Part shown: positions 14,652 to 38,680 of the stretch, in pieces
How positions within the stretch are numbered: the first letter of the stretch is position 1
How the letters are laid out: each line of letters starts with the position of its first letter
Origin: the human T2T-CHM13v2.0 reference genome, Homo sapiens
DNA: 64,000 nt
Assembly: GCF_009914755.1 (NCBI RefSeq)
Contig: NC_060927.1
Reading direction: 5' to 3' (one strand)
The notes under the pieces: generated by a model
Seen by the model: only the letters and a program-made list of their open reading frames with translations
Database searches by the model: none
What the model was told of the DNA's origin: nothing
Translations under genes and position numbers: made by a program

Positions 14652-15377
14652 TCAGAGAGGTGCTCTTTGACTATCTTACAAAAAATAGTGCTCCCACTCT
14701 TGCTGTGCAAACTCAATTTCCTGTATCCTACTCTACGTATTTTCGAAGCAGTCATCGCCATATGGTATACTCTCTCTAGATTATTTTCTTGGGCATTTGC
14801 CTATTGTCACCTTTTCTTCTCACTAGCATGTGGCTCCATGAGGGCAAATACTTAATCTGTTATGTTCACTGGGGCATCTCCAGAACTTGCCTGAAACCCA
14901 GTAGGTGTTCAATAAGTTCTGGAGGGATGAATGAATGACTCCTCTCACTGTAAGGAAGTTTGGGATATGTAGTCTATCTGGGCACATTTCTATCTGTTCT
15001 CTTTGCAGGGGAGAAAGGGATGAGGATGTTGGATAAGCAGCTCAGCATGTTCCCCAACATGTAAGGGAATCAGGTCGAGTTCTACACTCTCCTTCTTGGT
15101 ACACATCCTCAGAATGCAGGAAGTGCCTGTGCTTGCTGTGAGTCTTTGTGGACAGAGGCAGGATCATGCTGGCTAGAATCTAGTGGACAAGGTAAGGAAA
15201 CATAAGCATTGAAGAGGGGTAAACATTTGTTGTATGAGGTTATGGGAGGTCCTGTCTCAAGAAAGAGGGTCGCACAGACCCCTGGGAAGACTGGGCTTTG
15301 TGCACTGGAGCTGGTGGGTAGAGATATGGGGATCATAGGCCTGATTTCCGGAGTGTGGCATGGAATTGTGCTGGGTG

Positions 15378-15766
15378 TGTATCTTAGTCTATTTTGTGCT
15401 GCTATAACAGAATAGCTGAGATTAGGTAATTTATAATGAACAGAAATTTATTTTTTATGGTCCTGGAGTCTAAGTCCAGAATCAAGGTTTGGCATCTTGT
15501 GAGGCCTTCTTGCTGCATCATTACATGGCAGAAGGTGAGAGGGAAAGAGGTAAAGTGCACACAAGAGAGAGAAGAACAAATGTGTTCCTCTATAGTGAAC
15601 CCATTCCCATGATAATTAACATACTTCCACAATCATGGCATTAATTCATTCATGAAGTCAGAGTCATCATGGCCTAATTACCTCTCCAGAGACCCATCTC
15701 TTAGTACTGTTACAATGGCAATTAAATTTCAACATGAGTTTTGGAGGGAACATTCAAACCATAGCA
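15378..15766 (-). mobile_element. MST-family MaLR solo LTR
   Basis: tgtatcttagtc...gctataacagaa ... cattcaaaccatagca; flanks gggtg/gcgtg fit a 5-bp TSD with one mismatch. Confidence 0.88.
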
Positions 15767-15989
15767 GCGTGCCGTTCTTCATGTTCACCTCTGAGCATAC
15801 TCCCGCCCTTGCTGTTTCTGTCCTTGAGGCTTTGCCTTTCATCCCCAAGCCTGGCCTCAGCCCATACTCTATTGTACCAATGCCAAAAATTGAGGTTTAA
15901 AGTCTCACTGAGTAATTCTTAACCAAAGATATATTGTAAACCAATAGTCACTGAATTCTACTTGCTCACCTGTGGATATTAGTTGGGTA

Positions 15990-16370
15990 TGTAAGTTAGT
16001 GTTTGCTGCTTAAAATAGCAACTGTTTATGGGCTCACAATTCTGTGGGTTTGCAATTTGGACTGGGATCAGTGGGGTGGTTCTTCTGCTCTCAGTTGGGC
16101 TCACACATTCAACTGCAGCCAACTTCTGTTTTGGCTGAGGCTGGCTGGTCTAGGGCTAGGATGGCTTATCTCTACTTTGTGTGGTCCCTCATAGTTGGCA
16201 GGCTAGCACAGGCTTGCTTACATGGCAGCCCCACAGGGCTCTGAGGGAGCAAATAAGAGCATGCATGGCTTATTGAGGCCTAAGCTCAGATCCCAAACTC
16301 CATCACATCTATTACATTCTGTTGGTCAAAGCAAGTCGTCACAAGGGCTAGTGTATGAACCTCACAACTA
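15990..16370 (-). mobile_element. MLT1-family LTR
   Basis: ctcacaattctgtgggtt...cattctgttggtcaaagcaagtc. Confidence 0.7.
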
Positions 16371-16534
16371 TGAATGAGAAAGGAGAGAGATATTTCTTCA
16401 TCCAGGGGCCTGTTTTTTATAGGCCCTCAGTCTGCTCCTCTCATTCCCAGCAGTAGTGGGTTCTATGGAGACCTCTGTCTTCTGCCCTTGGACTAGACAG
16501 CTGTGTCTGTGAGCTCTGTGACCATTTTTTTCAG

Positions 16535-16644
16535 ACAGGACTTTATAGAAGCTCTCAGAGACATGTTTTTGCTTAAGAGCCTTTTGATTTTCTTGGTCAG
16601 TTGTCATAGCTGGAGCTTTTTGGCAAGGCTTCAGCCATTCATAT
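16535..16644 (+). pseudogene. Candidate decayed kinase exon (subdomains III-V)
   Basis: tttttttcag| ... |gtaatc; EALRDMFLLKSL at 16548-16583 and, after a frameshift, LELFGKASAIH at 16610-16642; ends in phase 2. Confidence 0.55.
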
Positions 16645-16899
16645 GTAATCCTGTGCACTGATTAATGGAGGTGGTTTCACTTTTATTGTCCCTCTATGGC
16701 AGCCTGTCTCCCCAGTGGCTGGGACAGAAGCTGCTCACAGGTCTGTGGCTATTGATGGTCAGAGCCAGAGACCTGCTGTGCTCATTCTGGGACGTGGTGG
16801 GGATGGAGGTATGGGTCACATCCTGCTCTATGACCTTGGCCAACAGTTTTAACTTTTTCTAACTGCCTCCCAAAGTGTCATTTCCCTCATATTTATAAA

Positions 16900-17620
16900 T
16901 TATATGATAAGACTCCCTTTTGCTATCGTCAGTTTGTCCCGCTACTGGACCATCAGCATACAAACATGCTATCATTGTTCCTATCATAAAATGTTGATCT
17001 TCTCTTGACTCCATGTCTCTTTTCCCACTACTCTTCAGTGATGAACTCTTTAAAAATATAACTATACTCACTATCCCAATATGTAGGCTTCCATTTCCCC
17101 TTAAAGCCTCTCTGATCAGGACTCTTCCTCACCTCCTCTGAAACTTCTCTTGGCAAGGTCAGTTGCTAAGGCCAGTGGTGATTCTCTGTCCCTATCTGAT
17201 TCTGCACAGGTGGTCATTTTCTCCTTGAGAAACTTTCCGCTCACTTGGCCCTCTCCTCCCTTCTTGCTGGCTGGTTCATCCTCATTTCCCTGACCACTGA
17301 ATATTGGAGGGCCCCAAGGTTCAGGCTCCAGGCCTTTCCTCTTATGTATGTCTCCTTGGTGATCTCATCCTGCTTCATGGGTTTAAACACCAGCTGTATG
17401 CCAATGACTCTCATAATTATGTCTCCAATTTAGACCCTTTCTGGTCGTCAGACTCACAAAACCAAGGGATTGTTCAACATCTCCGATTGGATGGATGCGT
17501 AACTGGCATCTTGAGTTTAGCATGTTCAAGTCTGAATCCCGGTGTGCCCCCAACCTGCTCCTCTCACTGTTGCCCCCATGTTGGTTAAAGGCAAGGTCAT
17601 CTTGCAAGTTCTTGCCTGCA
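16900..17620 (+). mobile_element. L2 fragment
   Basis: ggtgatctcatcc...catgggtttaaacaccagctgtatgccaatgactc L2 motif. Confidence 0.7.
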
Positions 17621-17623
17621 ATC

Positions 17624-17648
17624 CTCTCTCTCTCTCTCTCTCTCTGTG

Positions 17649-17688
<40 letters not shown>
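17624..17688. repeat. (CT)n/(CA)n compound microsatellite
   Basis: Seen directly. Confidence 0.95.
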
Positions 17689-17692
<4 letters not shown>

Positions 17693-18334
17693 ACTTTTTT
17701 CTTACACAAAAGTTGGCATACTATTTGCATTGTTCTGTATCTTGCTTTTCTCACTTAACAATATATTCAGGAGGTCACTTCAGTTCAGAGAGATCTTCCT
17801 CATTCTTTTTACAGCTGCATCAGTATTTCATTATATAAATGTACTATAATGTATTCAACCAACCAGAGTAATACTTTCATACTTGATGAACATTTGAGTT
17901 GTTTCCAGTCTTTTGATATTACAAATAAGGCTGCAATTAATGTCCTTGTATATATGTTGTTTTGTACTTTGGAAGGATGTCTTCAGGGCAGGTTCCCGGA
18001 ATTGTGATTGGAGGAAGCTGTCAAAGGAATCTGAGCAGTTGCACAAGGTTTGTGTCCCAATGCAGCTGCAAGGGAGGGCATATTCTCCAATGCTCAATTT
18101 AGATATGGTGAGAAAGCATAAGGAGAAGGAAGAATCTCCCAGAGCACAGGGCCAAGAGCCTAAAAACAATACTCAGGAAGCACCCCCACCCCACAGGCCA
18201 CCACCCAGGGAGCAGATCTGGACCTAATCATGAAACAGTTCCCATCTCTAGGGTGGGAAAGCCTTGCAATAGCTGCTTATCAGGATTTCCAAATTGCTAG
18301 AGTAGTGCCTGTTCTGTTTTTATTTTTCCCTTTT

Positions 18335-18652
18335 GGAATTGGCCTCTTGGCTCTTTTGAGTTCAACTATATCTTTATTGATTTTTCTATCTGCTGTATCT
18401 GTCAATGTGTAATAGAGGGGTATTGAAGTCTCCAACTATAATAGTGGATTCATCTATTTTTCCTTGCAGTTCTATCAGTTTCTGCCATGTGTATTTTGAT
18501 GCTCTGTTGTTAGTTGTATACACGTTAAGAAATGTTATGGCTGCTTATAGGATTGACCCCTTTATTATTATGTAACCGTCCTCTTTATTCTTGATAATTT
18601 TCATTGCTTTGAAGTCTGCTATGTCTGAAATTAATATAACTACTCCAGCTTT
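18335..18652 (-). mobile_element. Old L1M (MC-like) ORF2 fragment; host element appears to resume at 28160-28700
   Basis: gaagtctccaactataatagtgg...attgacccctttattattatg endonuclease-region sequence. Confidence 0.7.
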
Positions 18653-28159
<9,507 letters not shown>

Positions 28160-28219
28160 TTGCTATTATTATTTTGAACAAACTGTTATCTGTCAGATCA
28201 ATTCAGAATAAGAAAAATA

Positions 28220-28594
<375 letters not shown>

Positions 28595-28713
28595 CTATAT
28601 TATTTTCTTCTGTCAGAAGAGCTTCTTTTAAAATTTCTTGCAAGGTAGGTCTACTGGTAACAAACTCTCTCAATTTTTGTTTTAGAAAGTCTTTGAGTCT
28701 TTATTTGTCTTTC

Positions 28714-29253
28714 TTTTTTCTTTTTTTGGACTTAAAATCCAAGTACAAATGTTCTTCAGTCATTTATTAAATTTCAAAGCCAAGTCACTAAAGACAGAGG
28801 CTAGCAATTTTCTTTCATCATTCACCAATAACAGACTATGTCTGGGGTCAGTGGCCTTCATCAGCAGGTGCCCTCCTTTGGTGAATGAATCTGATCATTC
28901 AGATGTGGAGAGAATGAAGTGTCTTCTTCAGTTTCAGACCCCGAAGGCTCTTGATCTCCCTCTTGGGGTTCTGTTTCTCCCATCAGTTCTTGCAGAAACT
29001 TGAATTTAGATTTTAAAAAGATGCCATACAAAATACGATGGATGCCCCACTCATCACATACCATCAGCAGCAGGATGATCAACAGTGTAGCCATGAACAC
29101 AAGCAGGTTAGCCCAATATTGTGCTACATCTTGAGGGGAGGAGGGTAGTTGGCTCAGGGCACCTGGCATGTACTGTGGAGGGAATGGGTGAGTAGGCAGA
29201 TGGTGTATCCCAGGCTTCAGTGGTGGGTGCCCTGCTGGCATGCAGGGCACCCC
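28714..29253 (-). pseudogene. Processed pseudogene of SMIM13 (small integral membrane protein 13)
   Basis: Peptides LLVFMATLLIILLLMVC, SKFKFLQELMGET, EGDQEPSGSETEEDTS, QRRAPADEGH match SMIM13 as I recall it; ATG at 29129 followed by TAG and frameshifts; AATAAA at 28768-28763, poly-A 28727-28714, TSD ttgtc(t/c)ttc at 28705-28713 and 29254-29262. Confidence 0.88.
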
Positions 29254-29269
29254 TTGTCCTTCACTTTTT

Positions 29270-29995
29270 AGAAAAAGATTAAAAAAAATATACATAAATG
29301 TACATATTTTGGGGATATATGTGATAATTTAATACATTCATATAATTTGTAATGATCAAATCAGTCTAATTAAGACATTTGTCATCTTAAATATTTGTTT
29401 TGTCTGTATGCTAGAAGCACTTATTCTCTCTAGCAATTTTTTTAAAAAATTAAACATTTTTTTATAGATGGTGTCTCACTCTGTCACCCAGGTTAGAGTG
29501 CAATGGTGGAACATATCTCACTACAGTCTCAAACTCCCAGGTTCAAGTGATCCTCCCACCTAGCCTCCTGAGTAGCTGAGACTACAGGTGCATACCACCA
29601 TGCCTGGCTACTTTTTACAATTTTTTTTTTTTTTTTTTTGTAGAGACAGAGTTTCACTATGTTTCCCAGGCTGGTCTCAAACTCCCAGGCTCAAGCAATC
29701 CTTCTGCCTTATCCTCCCAAAATGTTGGGATTACAGGCATGAGCCACCACACCTGGCCTTTTCTAGCTATTTTGAAATATACAATAGATTATTGTAAACT
29801 ATAGTCACCGTAATTATCTATTAAACATTGGGTCTTATTTCTTTTATCAAAGTGTATATTTGTACCTATTAATCAACCTCTCCCTATTCCCCCTCTCTCC
29901 TTCCCAGCCTCTGATAACTACCAATCTACTCTCTATCTTCATGAAATACACTTTTTAAGCTCCCACATATGAGTGAGAGTATGCGATGTTTGTCT
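29270..29995 (-). mobile_element. L1MA 3' end fragment with nested AluJ (29457-29757, -)
   Basis: gtacatattttggggata...tgtaatgatcaaatcag...gctcccacatatgagtgag. Confidence 0.85.
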
Positions 29996-30295
29996 GGTTC
30001 TAATGCTTATTCTATTTCCTCAAACTGCGTTTTTGCATTTTAGTATGGCTTGTCATGTTTGTTTGTTTGTTTGTTTGTTTGTTTTTTGAAACCCAGATAT
30101 CATGTCTTGCATGTTGGGTTCAGACAACTTGTCTTTTTAGTTTATAGGTCTCTGGATCAAGATAAATCATAATCGAACCTGATGTGGAGACAAAGTATCC
30201 TTCATGGACTTTGAATTTGATATGATTGTTTTTCTCCACTTAGGGAAATGGTGTGTATATTTTGTCAGAATATTTGGTGATCCAGAAGGGTGGAC

Positions 30296-30990
<695 letters not shown>

Positions 30991-31214
30991 CAGCTTAATC
31001 TTACATCTTCTTTAGGTCTTGACTTACCTCTAATGTTTTCCTCAAGGCCTTAAGATTGCACCCATACCCACCCCATCACTCTATCCCCTTCTCTACTTTA
31101 TATTCCTCTACAATACCTATCTTAATATAACATCACATAGTTTGCTTGTTTATTTTATTATTCATCTCCTCCTGCCACCAGAATGTAAGCCCATGAAGGC
31201 AGCGATGGTCTGAG

Positions 31215-31693
31215 TTTGAGACCATCTGAAAGCTGACCACTGAAACCTGACCCTTGAGACAGGGGATATGGTGTTGGCTGTTCATTTGGGACATGATCCT
31301 GAAGGGTATAAGAAAGGGAACTGGGGGAAAAACCACAGAAGAAAGTAAAATCAATAAAGGAGGCATTAGTAAACTTATTAGTGCTGTGAACAATTTTTGG
31401 AGATCCTCTGAGAAGCCCTGTTGAACTGAAATTCTCATACATTTCCTACCTAGAGATAGAAAAACTGGAGTATTGTCCCCAACTCCTGCCCATTGTTGAA
31501 TGTAGGGAGGCTTAAACCTCTGGTACATCCAGACTGACTTGTGCATGGGCTGAGCAAGCTTGCCCACTGCAGAGAAAGCCTTCTGGCGAAGAAGCAGAGA
31601 GCTAGACACGGTTCCTGTGCATAGGAACTGTCCAACACAGTTGCAGGTGTGTCAAGGGGACATGCAGTGGGGGCATCAACAGAATCTACCGTA
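31215..31693 (-). mobile_element. ERVL LTR (LTR33/LTR16-like)
   Basis: cccttgagacagggg...ggggcatcaacagaatctaccgta; same family pattern as 52644-53097. Confidence 0.6.
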
Positions 31694-31789
31694 GAGATTT
31701 TTGCTTTTTATTTCCTGATGTGTCCTCAGCTCCTAAATAGTGTTTGACAATTTCTAAATAATGAATGAATGAATGAGTACACTAAAGTG

Positions 31790-32370
31790 GGCATTTACTG
31801 GATGTGTCCCCAGCATCCAGTTCCCTTTTGTAATTAGCCCTTTCCCTTTTTTCCCTTGGGATGCTACCTCTCCCCATTTCTTAGCCTGCGGCTTTGCTTG
31901 GGATTGGACCGACGTCTAGTTACTGGGTATGGACTACCTCCCCAGCCCCTACCCCAAAGACTTAATATAATCAACCTTTCTTACTCACCTCCCCTTCCCC
32001 ACCACGGTGATCTGTTTAGGAATGGACACATGACCCATCTGTGACCAATGAGAGTGAATTTCAGGATTTATTCTCTCTTTCTCTATAAGGATGTGAGGTC
32101 TGGAACAGCTGCAGCCATTTTGCCACCATGGGAAACCTGGGACATCTGAACTGACTCCATGAAGCCTGAAGAGAAAGCTAATAAGAAGGCAGAGAGAAGA
32201 GGAAGAGTCTTGGTCTTTGGAAATATCTTTTGGAGCTGCTGGATCAAGTATCACTTGAAGGTAGAACTAAATCTGCACTTTAAATTTACATATCCAATAA
32301 AAAGTTCTTTATGTTGTAAGCCAGTTTGAGGTGGATTTCCTGTCACTTATGGCTAAGAGAACCCTTGCTT
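31790..32370 (+). mobile_element. MLT1K/L-like LTR
   Basis: ggacacatgaccc...gaccaatgagagt...gcagccattttgccaccatg...taagccagtttgag. Confidence 0.7.
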
Positions 32371-32554
32371 ATTCTATACCTAACTCACAGGCTTGTTGTG
32401 AGGTTTAAGTAAAATAGCACTTAGTGAAGCAAGGTACACAAATAATACTCAATGAATGGTAAGCAATATTGTTATGATGCATTTATTTTTACAGCGTTAT
32501 GTGACCTTTTTATTCTCTACTCCAACATTGGCATGTTTCTGTTATTCTTTTCAG

Positions 32555-32678
32555 TATTATTGAATTTATTCCCCGAAGGAGAGCGGCTAAGAGTATTGCC
32601 CAGCCACAGGCTCTCAACCACCAACCCGAGCCTCAGATTCTCCTCACACAGCCACAGCTGTACCACATGGCCCACGTG
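32555..32678 (+). pseudogene. Candidate decayed kinase exon (subdomains V-VIb)
   Basis: ttattcttttcag| ... |gtatgg; phase-2 start continues the previous exon as HI|IIEFIP, then EGE(R)L after a frameshift; ends MAH. Confidence 0.55.
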
Positions 32679-32788
32679 GTATGGTGCTAATTCCTCTGAC
32701 ATCTAATTTTCACTTTTTGGCAATATTTGGTCTCATCAAGCTTTACACATAAATATTTTCAGCAAAGTGCTCCAAATGCCTTTTTCAG

Positions 32789-33028
32789 AAATCTGAATCC
32801 ACATGAAAACAATGGCAACAAGAAAAAGGTGTAAACTTTCCAGAACAGGCCCAGAATTTGAAAATGTGATAAAGAGGTTATTGTGCGCCCGAACTTTTCA
32901 CACAAGAATTGGAGGAGATTTAACACATGGAATAATAAACAGAGGAAGGCGGGCTAATGCAGAGCAGATGGGCCTGCAGGGCAGTGCTCAGCATTTCAAC
33001 ATCTTTCCCCTGGACCTTTGGACCCAAG
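32789..33028 (+). pseudogene. Candidate decayed kinase exon (subdomains VIb-IX), reused by APRG1 in another frame
   Basis: tttttcag| ... aag|gtgatt; RGYCAPELF at 32873-32899 and WACRAVLSISTSFPW at 32969-33013 in one frame, with stops between them. Confidence 0.65.
32803..33028 (+). CDS. APRG1: APRG1/C3orf35 first coding exon; unspliced read-through gives the 119-aa ORF 32803-33162
   Basis: MKTMATRKRCKLSRTGPEFENVIKRLL...DLWTQG recognised from memory; donor caag|gtgatt; splices in phase 1 to 50382. Protein-coding status is doubtful. Confidence 0.8.
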
Positions 33029-33377
33029 GTGATTGCATGCTGGTGTCTTTAGCTAAAAATAAAGTTAATGTCTTTGGGGCAATCATAAATATGGCTGCTT
33101 CAGTTTCTGGGGTGATTGGTGGTCTAAAGTTTTCAAGAACCTACTATGTGAAAGGCATTTGACATTCACTAATTTAATCCCAACTACTACTCCATTTTGA
33201 AGGAAAAAAATGAAGGCTCTGAAAGTGTAAATCGCTTACTGAAGGGCACACGGCCAGGATGACAGCGGAGCCAGGATCACCCCAGGTCTGTCTCATTGCA
33301 TATGTCATGGCTCTGCAAACTGGGGCAATAGGTGAGCAGGGAGAAGAGTCATGGCCAAATAAAATTGAGACATACCG

Positions 33378-33378
<1 letters not shown>

Positions 33379-33414
<36 letters not shown>
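33379..33414. repeat. (CA)n microsatellite
   Basis: Seen directly. Confidence 0.95.
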
Positions 33415-33415
<1 letters not shown>

Positions 33416-34500
33416 TTACACGGTAACAGCCTTATTAAGGTACAACTAATGTACAATAAGGTGTACATATTTAAAGGATACTATTTGATAAGTTTTGACA
33501 TATGTCTGTACCTGGGAAACCATCACTACAATCATGATGGTGAGCATATCTAATACTCTCAAAAGTTTCCTCTTGCCTTTTGTAATTCCATTCTGCCATC
33601 CCACCTGTCCCTCCCACTCCTGATCCCAGGCAACCACTGATCTGCTTTCTGTCACTATAGATTAGTTACATTTTCTAGAATTTTATATAAATGAAATAAT
33701 ACAATATGTACTATTTTTCTGTGTTTCTTTCACTCAGCAAAATTATTTTGAGATTCATTCATGTTATTGCTTGTTTATTCCTTTATATTGTTGAGTAGTT
33801 ATTCCATTGTATGAATATGCCACAATTTGTTTATCTGTTCATCTACATATGGACATCTATAGATGTTTGCACTTTTGGGCTATTAAAAATCAAGTTGATG
33901 TGAATGTTTGTAGACAAGTCTCTGTATGACATGTATTTTCTTTTCTTTTGGATAAAAACCTAAGAATGAAATGACTAAATTATATTGTAGGTACATGTCT
34001 AACTTTTAAAGAAACCATTAAGCTGTTTTCCAAAGTGGTTGCACCATTTTACCTTCCTACCAGTAGTGTATGAGAGTTCCAGTTCCCCAACATCTTCACC
34101 AGTACTTGGTATGGTCAGTCTTTTTAATTTTTGTCATACTAATAGGCCTGTAGTGGTATTAAGTCTCTTATGGTTTTAATTTGTATTTCCCTAATAACTA
34201 ATAATATTGAGTATATTTTCATGTTTTTGTTTGCCATCTATATGTCTTTATTAGTTAAGTGTTTATTCATATCTTTTGCATATTTTTATTGAGTTGCCTC
34301 TTTTTCTTTTCTTATCATTGAGTTTTGAGAGTTCTTTACATATTCTGAGTACAAGTCTTTTAATAGATACATGTTTTGCAAACATTTTCTCCAAGTCTAG
34401 GCTAGTATTTTTATTTTCTTAACAGTGTCTTTTGAAGAGCAGAAGATTTAAATTCTGGCTAAGTCCAATTTATATTATACATCACTTTAACTTCTGTTTT
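33415..34500 (-). mobile_element. Old L1M (MB/MC-like) 3' fragment
   Basis: caggcaaccactgatctgctttctgtcactatagattag...ttccaaagtggttgcaccatttt. Confidence 0.85.
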
Positions 34501-34516
34501 ACATTTTAAAAATCTG

Positions 34517-34820
34517 ACCAGGTGTGGTGGGTCGTGCCTGTAATCCCAGCACTTTGGGAGGCTGAGGCAAGTGGATGACTTGAGGTTAGGAGTTCGAGAC
34601 CAGCCTGGCCAACATGGTGAAACCCCATCTCTACTAAAAATATAAAAATTAGTTGGGCATGGTGGCAGGCGCCTGTAATCCCAGGTACCCGGGAGGCTGA
34701 GGCATGAGACTCTCTTGAACCCAGGAGGTGGAGGTTGCAGTGAGTCAAGTTCATGTCACTGTACTCCAGCCTGGGCGACAGCGTGAGGCTTCATCTCTAA
34801 ATAAATAAATAAATAAATAA
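34517..34820 (+). mobile_element. AluS with (TAAA)n tail
   Basis: Full dimer; TSD aaaaatctga. Confidence 0.93.
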
Positions 34821-34988
34821 AAATCTGAAAAAATAAAAATCTTAGTTATATTCTGAAAGTTTCCTTGGCTTGATTTTACAACTCACACATTTTCTCTTTG
34901 GCAGTCCATTCTATTACTACTCAGCTTATATGTTGAATGTTTTAAATTATCAAATTTTAAATTAACTTCCCAAATAGAAATCATTCAT

Positions 34989-35286
34989 GGCTAGCTGCAG
35001 CAGCTCACGCTTGTAGTCCCAGCACTTTGGGAGGCTGAAGCAGGCAGATTGCTTGAGCCCAGGAGTTCATGATCAGCCTGGGCAACATGGCAAAGCCCCA
35101 TGTCTGCAAAAAATACAAAAATTATCTGGGTGTGGTAGTGCATACCTGTAGTCCCAGCTACTTGGGAGGCTGAAGCAGGAGAGTTGCTTGAGCCATGGAG
35201 GTTGAGGCTTCAGTGAGCTGTGATCACATCAATGTACTCTAGCCTAGGTGACAGAGTGAGACCCTGTTTTAATAAATAAATAAATA
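34989..35286 (+). mobile_element. AluJ-like
   Basis: Full dimer; TSD aatcattca. Confidence 0.9.
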
Positions 35287-35723
35287 ATCATTCACAATGT
35301 TTGCATATGGTAATCTTACCTCTCCCTGATAATTTAATTATTCAGCCCAGCTCAGCTATCAGCTCTATTTCCTCAGGTGCAAGTTCTGTATTTGGTAAGA
35401 GGATGATGTCTGTTACACAGAGATAGATTTCCACAATTGCTTAGTGAGTCTTAACTGAAGAATGATCTTTGTTTTGGGGGATCCCCGTTAGCCTGTCTTT
35501 GATTGTTTATTGCAGTCTACCTCCAGGAGACAGGGTGAGAGTCAGACATAGAGCAGCCAGGGAGGCATTTCATGGGGAGGGAGCTCCTCATTCTTTCTTG
35601 ATGTTACCAGTCCCCTGGAACACTATTTTAGCTCTGGGTCCTAAAGGCTCATACTCCTGGCTTCTACATGGGGGCAGACACCTCTATTGCTCTGTTGCTG
35701 CTTAGTCCAAAGGGCAATGTTGA

Positions 35724-37142
<1,419 letters not shown>

Positions 37143-37894
37143 TACTTCAAGGCTTTGACTATTCTTGGAGCCACCTCCCATCTCCCATTTTTATGCAAGA
37201 GTGTTTGCCCACGTGAGCTTCAGTATAGGGATCCTTTTAAACTCTGATTTGACTGCCTGGCATATTTCAGGGAATTTTCAAGATTTCTTATTCATAAGGA
37301 AACTCCTTTCAGTTTCCTAACATTGTCATGGATCAAAACCACATTTGTCTCATTTCTAGACACCTGTGTTGGGAGGGGCCTTGGGCTCAGGTCCTCCAAC
37401 CTGAACAGGATCTGTAGGCAATATTTGCATCAGTAGAAGAATCTCTTGGTATTTGAAGGCCCCATGTGTGCAGACCATATATGCTATATGTTGCCATAAA
37501 AGTTTGGTTTGCTACTTTGATGCTTGCATTTTCTTTGGAAAAGCAGCAGGGGGTCCACCTGCGGAGGGGACAGTATAACCATTTTTAGAAATGAAAATCT
37601 GAGCATTCTCTCCCCTATTAAAAACTTTTCAGTGGCTCCTGTTGCCCTTCAGATGAAGCTTCAACTTGCTTTATAGGCCCCCCAAGCTCCATTTCCCACC
37701 ATTTGTTCACCTCCTCTCTTGCTGTCTCTATTCCAGCCTCAGGTAATTTTTTCCCCTAGTTCTACAAAAGGGCCCTGCTCTCCTACCCTTGAACATCCTA
37801 TTTTTTCTGAACAGAACATTCGCCTTTCTCTCCCTGCTTCCTTTCCTCTGATTCTGATTCATCCTTCTGATCTCGGATTAAAGGTTCCTTTCTC

Positions 37895-38208
37895 AGTGGG
37901 CTCAGACACCTCTGGGGTCCTGACTCACATCCACAGAGCCTCACCTCTGATTCCAGTTGTGGCCGTGGCTGCTGTACTTTAGTGGACCACTCTGAGTCAT
38001 GCTATCCACTTTGCAGAAGGTTCTGATGGGATCTGCCCCGACACCCACACTTGTGACCTTGTTGATGGGTCCTTATTTGCCTATTCCTCCTTCTCTCGCA
38101 CTCCTGAGTGTCTTGCTTCCTGGGATCAGATCCCAGATGAACCATCTATACCTGATTCCTTGTCTTAGGCTCTACTTTCAGGGGGTGGGAGGAACTCAAG
38201 CTAAGCCA
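37895..38208 (+). mobile_element. ERVL LTR16/33-like fragment
   Basis: gattccttgtcttaggctctactttcagg...aactcaagctaag 3' LTR motif. Confidence 0.55.
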
Positions 38209-38554
38209 TTTATAGTCTGGATTAGAGCCCTGTGGTTTTCCAGGGGGCAAAAATGCTAATTTTAGATCTGGAAAGAAGATCTCAGTGAACCCTACACCAG
38301 GTAGCAACTATCTGGTAGGAGGTGCATATTTGGATCCTAGGAAAAATCCAAGCTTTCATCCTCATTTCTGGACATCCTAGTGCCTCTTCTAATCTCTGTT
38401 ATGTTGAGGCAGCCCAGAGTAGTGGGAAGAACATGGAATTTGGAATGGGTCTTCAGATTCTGGCTCAGTTGTACTCTCGCTGTGTAGTCTAGCAGAAATC
38501 ATTTAAAATTTCTGAGGCCATTTCTTCATTTGCCAAAATGAGATAAACCAACAG

Positions 38555-38680
38555 ATGCTCTCGTTACTCAAAGGATCTCCACCAGGACAGGATGCTGCAC
38601 AAAAGAGTGGTTACTTAGACAGCCAGGGCATGCATTTCTTCATCTTGTAAATGAAGGCCTTGCCTTAGGAGACTGCTAAG
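38555..38680 (+). pseudogene. Candidate decayed kinase exon (subdomains X-XI)
   Basis: cag| ... aag|gtacct; 126 nt; reads YSKDLHQDRMLHKR...ISSSCK*RPCLRRLL; weak acceptor next to a MIR. Confidence 0.45.

Noticed and set aside
28861-29295. Functional 144-aa membrane protein gene
   Set aside because: The start codon lies in flanking L1 sequence and the parental ATG is followed by a stop; kept only as a pseudogene-derived ORF.
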